Shown: positions 8,625 to 18,458, counted from the first letter of the stretch. The stretch is 64,000 nt of DNA from an uncultured Chthoniobacterales bacterium (GCA_964247025.1 CAXTSM010000001.1:25310-89309); one strand, 5' to 3'. Made by a program: numbers and translations. Notes: generated by a model from the letters alone, not told the origin.

Positions 8625-10133
8625 CTATTCGAGACGGATCCGATTGCGCTCGAACGTCGTGCCGGTGAGGCGGGCGTAGGTCGCGATGGCCTTCTGGTAA
8701 TCGGTGAGCGCGGCAACTTCGCTGATTTCGGCGGTCGCGAGATCGCGCTGGAATTGAAGAACCTCGAACGTGGTCGCGGTGCCGGCGCTCAAGCGGGCGC
8801 TGGCGGCCTCGAGCGTGCGCTCGGCGAAGACGCGGGCGGCGCGGGACGAGTCGATGAGGCGGCGCGTGGTCGTGATCCGGCCGGCGGCGTTGTCGACCTC
8901 GACGTAGATTTGCTGCTCGAGCTGCTTGAGGGCCACGAGCTGGCGGGCGACCTCGAGCTTGGCGACCTCGAGGTTTCCGCGCGCGGCGCGGTTCGGGATG
9001 GGCAGGCTGAAGTTGCCGCCGATCGTCGCGGTGAAATTGCTGGGCGTCCTGATCTCGGAAACGCTGCCGCCGATGCTGCTGTCGAGGCCGTTGAGCCCGA
9101 GGCTGGCGACGAGGTCGAGCTGGGGCAGCGCCTGGTTGCGGGTGAAGACGACGTTGATGTTGCGTTTCTGGATGTCGAGCAGGGCCTGCTGATAATCGGG
9201 CCTCAGGTCGAACGTGCGCTTGAGATCGGCGGACTCGTCGAACTTCGCCTCGAGGTCGAAGGGCGGCGCGGCGATGCGCACGGCCGTGACGAGCAGGGCG
9301 CTCACTTCATCGGTGACGAGCTGTTTGAGAAAATTCTCGTTGTCGGCCATGGAGCGCTCGGCGACGAGCACGCGGCTCTCGCGGTCGGCGACGTCGGCCT
9401 GGGCCTGCACGACGTCGAGCGGGGACATGACGCCGATCTCGGCGCGGCGCTGGTTATCGTGGAGGGTCTGCCGCGCGAGGTCGCGGGACTTCCGCTCGAC
9501 GGCGAGATTTTGAATGGAGAAGTAGAGGTCGTTGTAGACGCGGATGACGTCGCTGACGACGTCGATCACGCGCTGGCGCAGGCCCCAGGCGGAGATGGAC
9601 TGGTCGACGCGGGCGGTGCGGACGGACGCGAGGTTCACGTCGGTGCCGAAGTTGCGCAGGAGCGGCTGGGTGACGGAGCCGCCGAGGATCGTCTCGAAGC
9701 GCTCGTCGACGAGGCTGCGGCTGTCGGTGCTGCGCGTGATGGCGGGGCCGAAGTCGTAGGTGAGGCCCCAGGGCGTGAGACCGGAGATGGTGGCGCTGGC
9801 GTCGGCGCCGGTGGTCTGCGCGAAGCGGCCGCCGCCGTTGGCGCCGGGCTCGTTCGAATCGAAGGTGGGATCGAGGGCGGAGAGGTCGCGCCGGTTTTGG
9901 TCATAGGTGTAGGAGAGGCCGACGACGGGGTCGAACTTGCCTTCCGCGCCGAAGGTGCGTGCCGTGGCGATCTTCGGATTGTAGGTCTCGACCTGGAGCT
10001 GGAAGTTCTTGGCGAGCGCCCGCTCGATGGCGCGGCGATAGGTGAGGTCGAGGGATTTGGCGCCCGCCGCCGCAAAGGCCGGAGCCGTGAGAAGGCCGAT
10101 GAAAAGGGCGGCTAGCCCTGCTTTTGCGTCCAT
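8625..10133 (-). CDS. tolC: TolC-family outer membrane efflux protein (502 aa)
   Basis: The real start is at 10133 (MDAKAGLAALFIGLLTAPAFAAAG, a signal peptide). It shows two OEP-type repeats with long helical segments (LDLTYRRAIERALAKNFQLQ..., LDVVQAQADVADRESRVL...). The start overlaps the upstream gene by 22 nt. Confidence 0.85.
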   Translation of the reverse strand: MDAKAGLAALFIGLLTAPAFAAAGAKSLDLTYRRAIERALAKNFQLQVETYNPKIATARTFGAEGKFDPVVGLSYTYDQNRRDLSALDPTFDSNEPGANGGGRFAQTTGADASATISGLTPWGLTYDFGPAITRSTDSRSLVDERFETILGGSVTQPLLRNFGTDVNLASVRTARVDQSISAWGLRQRVIDVVSDVIRVYNDLYFSIQNLAVERKSRDLARQTLHDNQRRAEIGVMSPLDVVQAQADVADRESRVLVAERSMADNENFLKQLVTDEVSALLVTAVRIAAPPFDLEAKFDESADLKRTFDLRPDYQQALLDIQKRNINVVFTRNQALPQLDLVASLGLNGLDSSIGGSVSEIRTPSNFTATIGGNFSLPIPNRAARGNLEVAKLEVARQLVALKQLEQQIYVEVDNAAGRITTTRRLIDSSRAARVFAERTLEAASARLSAGTATTFEVLQFQRDLATAEISEVAALTDYQKAIATYARLTGTTFERNRIRLE

Positions 10134-10642
10134 GCGTAGGAGCCGTCCGGCTTCTTGACTTCGATCCACTCGCCCTTGAACGAGCGGTTGCGCCACAGTT
10201 CGCCTTGGCCGACCTGCATCTCGGCGAGGGAAAGTTTCCGGGTCTTCGCGGAGGTTTTCATTTCGGCCCGGCGGTCGGCATTTTCCGCGGCAACGGCGTG
10301 GCGCAGCTCGTCGCCGGCGTCTCCGTCGGGCGCCTGGAGAACGACGAGCAGGCCGTCGTGGCCCTCGCCGACGAGGCGGGCGTTCTTGAACGTCTGGATC
10401 TCGGCCTCGCGGTCCTTGTGGCGCGAGCCGGGCGCGATCTTCGCGGCGGCGGCGTCGCCGGGCGCCGGGGTGGCGGCGGGCGAGGCGCCGTTGGCCTCGT
10501 GCTGGTAGACGTCGAGCCGCATGGCGATGTCGACCTTGATCGGCTGGTTGGTGGAGAGATTGAGCGAGGGCACCTTGCATCCGCCGACCGCGAGGAGGGC
10601 GGCCGTCGCGATTAGGGTTTGCCGAGCTTGCCGCGCTGCCAT
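10112..10642 (-). CDS. Lipoprotein fusion of YnbE-like and YdbL-like (DUF1318) domains
   Basis: Lipobox LLAVGGC. TNQPIKVDIAMRLDVYQHE matches the YnbE core (E. coli PKEPITINMNVKIEHEI). ARLVGEGHDGLLVVL ... ENADRRAEMKTSAKTRKLSLAEMQVGQGELW...KGEWIEVKKPDGSYAWTQK matches E. coli YdbL (GRVGE..GYL, INAERKASY, AGQKL...PGEYVQ..NGKWVRK). Confidence 0.8.
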   Translation of the reverse strand: MAARQARQTLIATAALLAVGGCKVPSLNLSTNQPIKVDIAMRLDVYQHEANGASPAATPAPGDAAAAKIAPGSRHKDREAEIQTFKNARLVGEGHDGLLVVLQAPDGDAGDELRHAVAAENADRRAEMKTSAKTRKLSLAEMQVGQGELWRNRSFKGEWIEVKKPDGSYAWTQKQG

Positions 10643-13386
10643 GGGTTTTGCGTGTCCTGATCGTCGTGAAGGGCGACCTCGAACGTCCTTGAGCCGAGCG
10701 GCCCGGTCAAGTGCAGCCCGAGGATGCCCTGCGATTCCACGAACCAGAAATCTCCCGCCGCCTTCGCGTAATCGAAGTCGCGCAGCGTCTCGAGGGCGAG
10801 GCGCGTGGCGCTGGACTTGATCGCGGTCCACGCGGGCGGCAGGTCCGCGAGCACGGCATCGAGCTTGCCGATGCGCAGGTGGCCGGGCTCCTTCACGCGG
10901 AAGTTTCCGGCCATGCGCTCGACGTTCTTTCGAAACGCGTCGACCTGCACCTCGAAGTCCAGCGGCCCGGTGAGGCTGAAATTCTGCGGCGACAGGATGG
11001 CGGTGAGCGCCTCGGTGTCCACGCCGGTGCCCGCGACCCAGCCCTGCCAGGGCGCGTCGTCGAGGAAGTTGAAGCTGAAGCCGCCGTTCACGTAGCCATG
11101 GTAGGACTCGCCGCCGAACTGGCCGTTGATGCCGCGGGCGTCGAAGGTGACGGCGATCCACGAGCGGTCGGACTGGAATTGCCGCCAGCGGATCTTTTGG
11201 ATGTCGAGTTTCTGGACGAGGTTCTTTTCGCCTTTCTCCGGCGGGTAGGCGAATCGGAGATCGCCCTCCACGTCCCGGACGCTCAGGCGGTAGTCGGGAA
11301 ATTCGTAGCTCTGCTTCGGCACGCGCAGGGCGGCCTGCACCTTGAGCTTCGCGAGGTTGTCGAGGGCGACGTCGTCGAGCGTGGTCTCGAACTGCAGCGG
11401 GAGGCCGACGTCTTTTTGCCCGCCGCTGCCGATCACGAGCTTGCCGGATCGGACCTGCACGCGGTCGGCGGACCAGTCGCCCGCCGCCGGGGCGGCGGGT
11501 GTTTTGGCGCCGGACTCGTCGGCGCTGACGCGCTCCATGTAGACAAAAAGATCCCGGCTCAAATAGATGATCGGTTCGCGGATGACGACCTCGCGCAGGT
11601 GCTTCGCGGCGAGGTCGCGCAGCGTGAAGCGCAGGAAGACGCTGCGGAGCGTGAAGATCTTCACCTTGCGGTCGAGGGGGGAGTCCAAGTCGATGTTCGC
11701 CAGCTCGACGGTCTGCACCTGGTCGAGCAATTGCGATGAGACGCCGGAAGCGGCGACGTCGACGAGCGAGGTGTTCAAGGTCATGCGCACGTCGGGCACG
11801 CCGGGCCGCCGGTCCTCGAGCCGCAGGCGCACGCCGAAGACGTCGAGCGCACCGATGGACCAGTCCCGGGTCGGCCGAGCGGGAGCGAGGGGTTCCGCGG
11901 AAGGGTTGCCGGAGAGCAGTTTCTGGAACGCGTCGCCGACGAGGACGCGGCCGCCGGTCACCTTCGCGGCGTCGACGTGCCGATCCTCGAGCAGGCCCGC
12001 GACGGTGAATCGCGCCTGCGCGGCATCGATCGAAAGGAAGGCTTTCTTCGCGCCGAGCGTGGCCTGGGCGTCCCAGATCGTGAGTTGCAGCGGGGCCCGG
12101 CGCCGATCGCCGCGCGAGCCGAAATCCCGAAGGTCGAACGCGAAGTGGGTGGAGACGGCGAGCGCGCCGTTTTTCAGCCCGTGGACGCGCGCCACGCCAT
12201 GCGGGCAAACGGCGCGGCCGATCGACCATTCCGCGTCCGTCTTGTCGGCGTCGGCGTCCGCCGGCGAGGAATCCTTCGGCGGGACGTCGGGCTGGTGATC
12301 GATGAGCGGGCTGGCGAGCGAGATTTCCTCCAGCCGGCGCGCGCGCAGCCCGGCGACGGTGAAGCTCGCGCGCGCCTCGTCGGCGGTGAGCAGCCGGACG
12401 TTCGGCCGGCGGTCGGTGGAGACTTCGAGCCCGGTGACGGTGAGATGCTGGAGGGCGCTACCGGCGGGCGGGCCGACGGCGCCGAGATTTTGTAAGGCCG
12501 CGGAGACGTGGAATTTCATCCGGCCGATCGGCCCGGGCGCGTTCACCACCACGATCTGCACGCCGTCGAACGCGAGCGCGCCGACGGACCAGGGGAGCAC
12601 GTCCGCGGCGGGGTCGGCGTTCGGCCCGGGCGCGAAAGCCTCGGCGAGGTTTGGCGCGATGGTGAGGCTGCCCCGGCCGATGCGCAGCGCGCGCAGGTGG
12701 TCGTGGGAAAACAATTCTTCCGTCGTGAAGCGCAGGCCGGCATCCGCGAGGGCGAGGAAGGGGTGGCCGCTTGCGTCGGCGGCCGCGATTTTTCCCAGGC
12801 GGGCTTCGTGCTCCACCGCGCCCGCGTCGCCGCCGACGCCGAAGTTCCGCAGGTCGGCGGAGAAATCCAGGTCGACGCTCGGGGAGCGTGCGCCGAAGCG
12901 CGTGACACGCAGGTGGCCGTCGGTGACGGTGAGGCGGCCGATGCCCCAGCCAAGGGCTCCGCGCCCGGCGGGGGCGGCGCCGGATTTCGCGGGCTTCACG
13001 CCGAGGGCTTCGCCCAGGTCGGGGGAGACGACGAGGTCCGGCCGTTCCAATCTCACTTCGTCGAGCCGGAGGCGCCACACGTCGCTGAAGCGAAAGCTCA
13101 CGCTGCCGCCCTCGAGGGCGAGCAGCGGCTCGCCGGTGCGGGAGGACTTCAACGCCAGCCGCCGGACTTCCAGCCGGGTCGGGGCGGCGACGCGCAGCGA
13201 GCCCAGCTCGGCGCGCACGCCGGGGAAGAATCGGTGGATGGACCACGTCGCGAGCCAGTCGAGATTTTTCACCGCGAGGAAGACCGCGGCCCCGGCGGCG
13301 AGGGGGGCGATCGCGAGGACGCCGAAAATGCGGCGCCGCCAGCGGCGTCGGCGGTTCGGGGTCGATCTCGGCTCAGGCTCCGGCAA
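10612..13386 (-). CDS. YdbH-like / AsmA-family large envelope protein (about 924 aa)
   Basis: The call rests on synteny with ynbE/ydbL as in the E. coli ydbH-ynbE-ydbL operon. It has an N-terminal TM anchor (RRIFGVLAIAPLAAGAAVFLAV) followed by about 880 aa of beta-rich sequence. The proposed TTG start at 13386 overlaps the ubiA stop by 14 nt. The track ATG at 13596 would overlap ubiA by 224 nt. Confidence 0.6.
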   Translation of the reverse strand: MPEPEPRSTPNRRRRWRRRIFGVLAIAPLAAGAAVFLAVKNLDWLATWSIHRFFPGVRAELGSLRVAAPTRLEVRRLALKSSRTGEPLLALEGGSVSFRFSDVWRLRLDEVRLERPDLVVSPDLGEALGVKPAKSGAAPAGRGALGWGIGRLTVTDGHLRVTRFGARSPSVDLDFSADLRNFGVGGDAGAVEHEARLGKIAAADASGHPFLALADAGLRFTTEELFSHDHLRALRIGRGSLTIAPNLAEAFAPGPNADPAADVLPWSVGALAFDGVQIVVVNAPGPIGRMKFHVSAALQNLGAVGPPAGSALQHLTVTGLEVSTDRRPNVRLLTADEARASFTVAGLRARRLEEISLASPLIDHQPDVPPKDSSPADADADKTDAEWSIGRAVCPHGVARVHGLKNGALAVSTHFAFDLRDFGSRGDRRRAPLQLTIWDAQATLGAKKAFLSIDAAQARFTVAGLLEDRHVDAAKVTGGRVLVGDAFQKLLSGNPSAEPLAPARPTRDWSIGALDVFGVRLRLEDRRPGVPDVRMTLNTSLVDVAASGVSSQLLDQVQTVELANIDLDSPLDRKVKIFTLRSVFLRFTLRDLAAKHLREVVIREPIIYLSRDLFVYMERVSADESGAKTPAAPAAGDWSADRVQVRSGKLVIGSGGQKDVGLPLQFETTLDDVALDNLAKLKVQAALRVPKQSYEFPDYRLSVRDVEGDLRFAYPPEKGEKNLVQKLDIQKIRWRQFQSDRSWIAVTFDARGINGQFGGESYHGYVNGGFSFNFLDDAPWQGWVAGTGVDTEALTAILSPQNFSLTGPLDFEVQVDAFRKNVERMAGNFRVKEPGHLRIGKLDAVLADLPPAWTAIKSSATRLALETLRDFDYAKAAGDFWFVESQGILGLHLTGPLGSRTFEVALHDDQDTQNPWQRGKLGKP

Positions 13387-14257
13387 GGCGGTCGAGGAAG
13401 GTGGCCAGCACGAAGACCAGGCCGATGGCGGCGTTCGACTGAAAAAACGCGACGTTGATGGCGGCCAGGTCGGGCGAGCGGGCCATGCGGTGCTCGTAGA
13501 CGAGCAGGCCGAGGACCGCCACCAGGCCGACCCAGTAGGCGGGCCCGAGATGCGCGCACCAGCCGAAGCCCGCGAGCGCGAGCCAGGTGGCGGCATGGAG
13601 GAGCTGCGCGACCCGCAGCGCGCGGGGGATACCCAGCCAGACGACCATGGATTTCAAGCCCTCGCGGCGGTCGGTTTCATAGTCCTGCGTGGCGTAGATG
13701 ATGTCGAAGCCGGCGAGCCAGAACACCACGGCAAGGGCGAGGACGAGCGGCGGGACGGCAAAGGCGCCGGTGACCGCGAGCCACGCGCCGACGGGCGCGA
13801 TGGCGAGGGCAAGGCCGAGGAAAAATTGGGCGGCGTGGGTGAAGCGCTTCGTGAAGGAATAGAAAAAGACGATCGCCAGCGCGACGGGCGATAAGGCGAG
13901 GCAGAGGGGATTGATCGCCCACGCGGTGAGCACGAAGAACGCGGAGGAAATCACGCAGGCGAGGGCCGCCGTGCCGCGCGACACGAGGCGATGGCGGCCG
14001 GCGGTGCGGGGGTTGCGTTGATCGAATCGCCAGTCCGCGAGACGGTTGAAAGTCATCGCGGCGGTGCGGGCGAAGATCATGGCCAGGACGATGAGGAGAA
14101 TCGTGCGCGCGGGCGGCAGGCCGCGGGCGGCGACGACCATGGCGCCCAGGGCGAAAGGCATGGCGAAGATGGTGTGCGAGAAGCGCACGAACTGGAGGAA
14201 GGACGCCACGCCGGGTCGCGGGGACAGGGGGACACGGGGGGAGGCCGACGCCGTCAT
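13373..14257 (-). CDS. UbiA-family polyprenyltransferase (4-hydroxybenzoate polyprenyltransferase-like / MqnP-type)
   Basis: Last 294 aa of the 971-aa track ORF, starting MTASASPRV at 14257. Polytopic membrane protein with NRLADWRFDQRNPRTAGR and a second Asp-rich motif, DIIYATQDYETD. Confidence 0.8.
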   Translation of the reverse strand: MTASASPRVPLSPRPGVASFLQFVRFSHTIFAMPFALGAMVVAARGLPPARTILLIVLAMIFARTAAMTFNRLADWRFDQRNPRTAGRHRLVSRGTAALACVISSAFFVLTAWAINPLCLALSPVALAIVFFYSFTKRFTHAAQFFLGLALAIAPVGAWLAVTGAFAVPPLVLALAVVFWLAGFDIIYATQDYETDRREGLKSMVVWLGIPRALRVAQLLHAATWLALAGFGWCAHLGPAYWVGLVAVLGLLVYEHRMARSPDLAAINVAFFQSNAAIGLVFVLATFLDRLAGA

Positions 14258-14814
14258 CAGCGCGGGGCGGGCTTTTTCGCCGCGTCGTCGAACCACTCGA
14301 CGAGGGCGTCGTCGATGCGCAGGTCGATGAGCCGCCAGCGATCCGCGGGCCGGTAAAAATAAAATTTCCACCGCAGGGGGAGCTGCTCGCCGGCGAGGAC
14401 GTAGGTGCGGCGCATGAGGCGGGAGCCGAGCTTTTCCTCGCGGACCATCTCGGACCCGAGGACGGGGCCGTAGGCGTCGAGGGCTTTCTGGGTCTGGGCG
14501 CGCATGCTCTTGGATTCGTCGGCGCGGTCGGCCAGGGCGAACTCGGCGTTGAGCGTGTCGTAGGCGGCGTCCACGCGGTCGGCCTTCAGCGCTGAGAAAA
14601 ACGTCTCGACGATCTCGTCCGGCGTGCGGGCGGGCCGGTCCGCGGCGACGGCCGGCGGGGCGGGCGTGGGGGCCAGGGCCTCGAGCGTGCTCGGCAGTTT
14701 CTTCGGCGCGCCCGGGGCGGCGGTGGCTTCGGTCGGCGCGGACTCGATCCCGGCCGCGTCGAGGCTCATCGGCAAGAGAAGCGCGGCGGAGCAAAGGAGG
14801 AACGCGCGAGACAT
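14257..14814 (-). CDS. Secreted hypothetical protein (185 aa), possibly NTF2-like fold
   Basis: Signal peptide MSRAFLLCSAALLLPMSLDAAG, a Pro/Ala linker, then a compact domain (DEIVETFFSALKADRVDAAYDTL...WKFYFYRPADRWRLIDLRIDD). The stop overlaps the ubiA start (TGATG). Confidence 0.6.
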   Translation of the reverse strand: MSRAFLLCSAALLLPMSLDAAGIESAPTEATAAPGAPKKLPSTLEALAPTPAPPAVAADRPARTPDEIVETFFSALKADRVDAAYDTLNAEFALADRADESKSMRAQTQKALDAYGPVLGSEMVREEKLGSRLMRRTYVLAGEQLPLRWKFYFYRPADRWRLIDLRIDDALVEWFDDAAKKPAPR

Positions 14815-15140
14815 CGCGATACCATCCCCGCGATCGAGCCCCGCGTCGATTCGGAAAACTCCGCGGCGGCGATGCCGACGAGTCGACGCGGGAAAAGAAA
14901 AAGCGGCGTTTTCCGGAAATGACGAGGCAAAGAAGCCGAACGATGCGTGATGCTGCTGGTCCCCGCTGAATTTCGGTGATCGGCGACGGCGGGCGGGACG
15001 TCCGCGCTCCCGGTGCGGCGGCATCGGCGGGTCGGATCGCGGATCGCGCCCTTGATCGCTTCTTGTCGGGCCCGAGGAACTCCTTTTTTTTTGGGTCTCG
15101 CGATCGACCGAGATGACGGCCGCCGGAATGCCGGGGCGGT

Positions 15141-15887
15141 TCAGTCTCCCAAGAGCTCGTGACCCAGCACGCTGAGCGCGTAGATCGCGGCGGTTTCCGT
15201 GCGCAGAACGATCGGGCCAAACGTAACCGGACGCGCTCCATGGGAGATCGCGAGGGCGATTTCGTCCGGCGTGAAGTCGCCTTCGGGGCCGATAAAGATG
15301 GTGATTTCGCGCGGCGGAGCGCCCCGTTCGGCCCGGTGGGCGGCAAGGGCGGCCTTGATCGATCGGGCGTCCGCCTGCAGGGAGCCGACGAGCCGCAGGC
15401 CGACGGGCGGATTTTGCTCGAAGAATGCGCGCGGAACCACGGGCGGGGCGATCTCGGGAAGCCAGTTCTGGCCGCATTGCTTGCACGCCGCGAGGGCGGC
15501 CGCCCGCCACTTGGCGCGTTTGGCGGCGGCTTCGCGGGCGTCGAGGTGGACGACGGCGCGATCCGAGAGCAACGGGACGATCGCGGCCGCGCCCAGTTCC
15601 ACGGCTTTCTCGACGATAAAGTCCATGTTTTTGCCCTTCGGCACGGCTTGCGCCAGCGTGAGGCGGCAGGCGGGCGGGCGCGATTTCCGGCGCTCGAGCA
15701 CGCGCAGGACGACTTCGCGTTTGGAGGCGGCGGCGATTTCGGCCGTGGCCTCGTTGCCCTGGCCGTCGAAGACGACGATTTTTTCGCCGACGCCCTGGCG
15801 CAGGACGGTGACGCAATGGTGCGCCTCATCCTCGCCGAGAGTCGGCGTTTCGCTCGACAGTCGATTCGCCGGGACGTGGAAGCGATG
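15141..15887 (-). CDS. rsmE: 16S rRNA (uracil1498-N3)-methyltransferase RsmE
   Basis: The MHRFHVP start is typical of RsmE. It shows a PUA-like N-terminus and the C-terminal SPOUT motif IFIGPEGDFTPDEI ... GPIVLRTETAA. Confidence 0.85.
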   Translation of the reverse strand, partial: HRFHVPANRLSSETPTLGEDEAHHCVTVLRQGVGEKIVVFDGQGNEATAEIAAASKREVVLRVLERRKSRPPACRLTLAQAVPKGKNMDFIVEKAVELGAAAIVPLLSDRAVVHLDAREAAAKRAKWRAAALAACKQCGQNWLPEIAPPVVPRAFFEQNPPVGLRLVGSLQADARSIKAALAAHRAERGAPPREITIFIGPEGDFTPDEIALAISHGARPVTFGPIVLRTETAAIYALSVLGHELLGD

Positions 15888-16178
15888 CATGGCGCCAAGC
15901 ATACCGGTTCCGCCGGCGGCGGCAAACGCGGCGGCGCCGGGGCGGTCCAAGAAAATCCGTCGCCGCGAGAAGTCGATCCAAGCGGGGCCCCGACCGAGCA
16001 GGGCCTTCCCGTCGGGTTGTCGCAGGGCGCTCCCGCTTTGTCGGGGCGCTGGTGGCGGCGCAGCGCCCCCTCGATCCCTGGCGGGACCGGGAGTCGAGCC
16101 CGGGCATCGTCCAGCGTGAAGGCGAGCGCCGGCGGCCGGGCTGGCCGCTCGGGCGGGGTGAACGGGCCGGCGGCCGCG

Positions 16179-17459
16179 TCAGGCGACGCCGAGCGCGAGC
16201 TCGAAGGCGGCGAAGCGGCTTTTTGCCTCGGGCGGGACGTGCGCGACGACGAAGGCGATGTCGTCTTCGTAACGGACGGACAACACATGTCCGATGCGGT
16301 GCAGTTCGGCGAGGGCGGCGGATTCCGAATTCGGCACGGAGAACTCGACGCGCAGGCGCCACGCGCTGAGGCGGATGGTGAGCTCGTCGATGAGGGACGC
16401 GATTCCCTCGCCGGTGCGGGCGGAGACCGCGACGCTCCCGGGGTGGTGCGCGACGGTCTGCCAAACGACGGCGGGATCCGGGACGGCGTCGATTTTGTTG
16501 AAGACGAGCAGGGTTTGTTTCCCCTGGGCCTCGAGCTCGAGAATGGTGGTGTTCACGGCCTCCATCTGCTCACGAAAATGCGGGTGGCTGAGGTCGACGA
16601 CGTGGATGAGCAGGTCGGCGAGGACGACTTCCTCGAGGGTGGCCTTGAAGGATTCGATGACGGTGTGCGGGAGCTTGCGGATGAAGCCCACGGTATCGGT
16701 GAGCAACATTTTCTGACGATTCGGCAGGATGAACTGGCGCGTGGTCGGATCGAGGGTCGCGAAAAGTTTGTCTTCGGCGAGCACGCCGGCGCCGGTGAGG
16801 CGGTTCAACAGCGAGGATTTCCCGGCGTTCGTGTAGCCGACGAGGGAGGCGAGCGGCCAGTTGTGGCGAAGGCGGCCTTCGCGCTGGACGGTGCGGTTGC
16901 GCCGGACGTCCTTGAGGTCGCGCTCGAGGCGGGAGATGCGGTCCTGCACGCGACGCCGGTCGACCTCGAGCTGGGTCTCGCCGGGGCCGCGGGTGCCGAT
17001 GCCGCCGCTTTGCCGGGAAAGGTGGGTCCACATGCGGGTGAGACGCGGGAGGAGATACTGCAGCTGCGCCAGCTCGATCTGGAGGCGGCCCTCCTTCGTG
17101 CGGGCGCGCTGGGCAAAAATGTCGAGGATGAGCTGGGTGCGGTCGAGGACCTTGCGGGAGGTGAGCTCCTCCAGGTTGCGGCCTTGGGCGGGAGAGAGTT
17201 CGTCGTCGAAAATGACGGAGGTGGCGTGTTTGTCGCCGCATTGACGCCGCACCTCCTCGGCCTTTCCCTTGCCGATGTAGTAGGGTGCGGTGGGTTTCTC
17301 GAGCTTCTGGATGACGGTATCGACGACCTGCGCGCCCGCGGTGGCGGCGAGGAGCTTGAGCTCGGCAAGCGAGTCTTCGAGGTCCCAGCGACTGACTCCC
17401 TGCTGCTCCAGGCCGACCAGAATGGCTTTCTCGGCGACGCGGGGCGCGGGGGCGGTCAT
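16179..17459 (-). CDS. hflX: GTPase HflX
   Basis: HflX N-terminal domain (YYIGKGKAEEV, LSPAQGRNLE, ILDIFAQRARTKEGRLQIELAQL). G-domain motifs GYTNAGKSSLLN, DTVGF and NKID. Confidence 0.95.
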   Translation of the reverse strand: MTAPAPRVAEKAILVGLEQQGVSRWDLEDSLAELKLLAATAGAQVVDTVIQKLEKPTAPYYIGKGKAEEVRRQCGDKHATSVIFDDELSPAQGRNLEELTSRKVLDRTQLILDIFAQRARTKEGRLQIELAQLQYLLPRLTRMWTHLSRQSGGIGTRGPGETQLEVDRRRVQDRISRLERDLKDVRRNRTVQREGRLRHNWPLASLVGYTNAGKSSLLNRLTGAGVLAEDKLFATLDPTTRQFILPNRQKMLLTDTVGFIRKLPHTVIESFKATLEEVVLADLLIHVVDLSHPHFREQMEAVNTTILELEAQGKQTLLVFNKIDAVPDPAVVWQTVAHHPGSVAVSARTGEGIASLIDELTIRLSAWRLRVEFSVPNSESAALAELHRIGHVLSVRYEDDIAFVVAHVPPEAKSRFAAFELALGVA

Positions 17460-18406
17460 GCGGCGTCGGTCGCTTTCAACGCGCTTTCAAGCGCGTCGGA
17501 GGGATGGGGAAAATCCGTCAGATCCAACGTCCGAAACGTCGTTTGGCGGCGGAACCATGTCAATTGTCTTTTGGCGTATTGGCGGGTGGCGATGAGGATT
17601 TTCTCCTCGCAGGCGGCGCGGGTGAGTTCGCCGCGGAGGTGGGCCCGGATTTCGGCAAGACCGATGGCGCGGGAAGCGGTGGGGGAGATTTTCGAACGGG
17701 GATTTTCCAACGCGCGGACTTCTTCGATCACGCCGGCGGCGAACATTGCACGGACGTTCGTCTCGATGCGGCGGACGAGTTGATCGCGGGCCCGGGTGAG
17801 CAGGACGCCGGGGGCGTGCTTGAGCGCGGGGATGGTGGCGCGAAATTCCGCAAGCGGGCGGCCGGAGCCTTCCACGAGCTCGATGGCGCGGCTGACGCGG
17901 CGTTTGTTTTTGAGGTCGACGAGCGCGGGAGCGGCGGGGTCCGCGGCCCGGAGGCGTTCGACGAGCGGCGGGAGATCCATGCGCTCCAGTTCGGCCCGCA
18001 GGGTGGGATCGGTCGGTGGCGCGGGGGCGAAACCTTCGAGAAGCGCGCGAAAATACAGGCCGGCTCCGCCGACGACGAGGGCGGTCTTTCCTCGGGCGTG
18101 AATGGCGCCGAGGACCGGTCGCGCGAGTTCGGCGTAACGCTGGGCGTCGAAGCTCTCCGTGATCGGGACGCAGGCGATAAGGTGGTGCGGGAGGCGGGCC
18201 TGATCCGCGGCGGACGGCTGGGCGGTGAGGATCGAAAGGCCGGCGTAGATCTGGAAGGCGTCCGCGCCCACGATCTCGGCGTCGAGCCGCTCGGCCAGGG
18301 CGAGGGCAAGAGCGGTCTTTCCGGCGCCCGTGGGGCCGGCGAGGAGGAAAACCTTTGATCGGTGATTTTTGATTTTCGATTGTTGCCGGGCCGGGTGGTC
18401 GGGCAA
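17456..18406 (-). CDS. miaA: tRNA dimethylallyltransferase MiaA
   Basis: P-loop LLAGPTGAGKTALA, DAFQIYAGLSILTAQP, HHLI, and VVGGAGLYFRALLEG. ATGA overlap with hflX. The only in-frame start candidate is TTG at 18406. Confidence 0.9.
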   Translation of the reverse strand: MPDHPARQQSKIKNHRSKVFLLAGPTGAGKTALALALAERLDAEIVGADAFQIYAGLSILTAQPSAADQARLPHHLIACVPITESFDAQRYAELARPVLGAIHARGKTALVVGGAGLYFRALLEGFAPAPPTDPTLRAELERMDLPPLVERLRAADPAAPALVDLKNKRRVSRAIELVEGSGRPLAEFRATIPALKHAPGVLLTRARDQLVRRIETNVRAMFAAGVIEEVRALENPRSKISPTASRAIGLAEIRAHLRGELTRAACEEKILIATRQYAKRQLTWFRRQTTFRTLDLTDFPHPSDALESALKATDAA

Positions 18407-18439
18407 AGAAAAAGGGCCGGCTTTTCAGGCCGGCCCTTT
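18402..18439 (-). terminator. Rho-independent terminator of the RRM gene (hairpin usable on both strands)
   Basis: The minus strand reads AAAGGGCCGGC-ctgaaaa-GCCGGCCCTTT followed by TTCTTTG. It lies 20 nt downstream of the stop at 18459. The T-tract contains the miaA TTG start. Confidence 0.75.
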
Positions 18440-18458
18440 GGTGATAGTGCGAACCGGC

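Noticed and set aside
13373-16288. 971-aa minus-strand ORF as a single protein
   Set aside because: Only the last 294 aa (UbiA family) are coding in this frame. The upstream part overlaps the real secreted-protein and rsmE genes in other frames and is Arg/Pro-rich.
15159-17783. 874-aa plus-strand ORF
   Set aside because: It is antisense to rsmE, hflX and the miaA 3' end, all of which carry diagnostic motifs.
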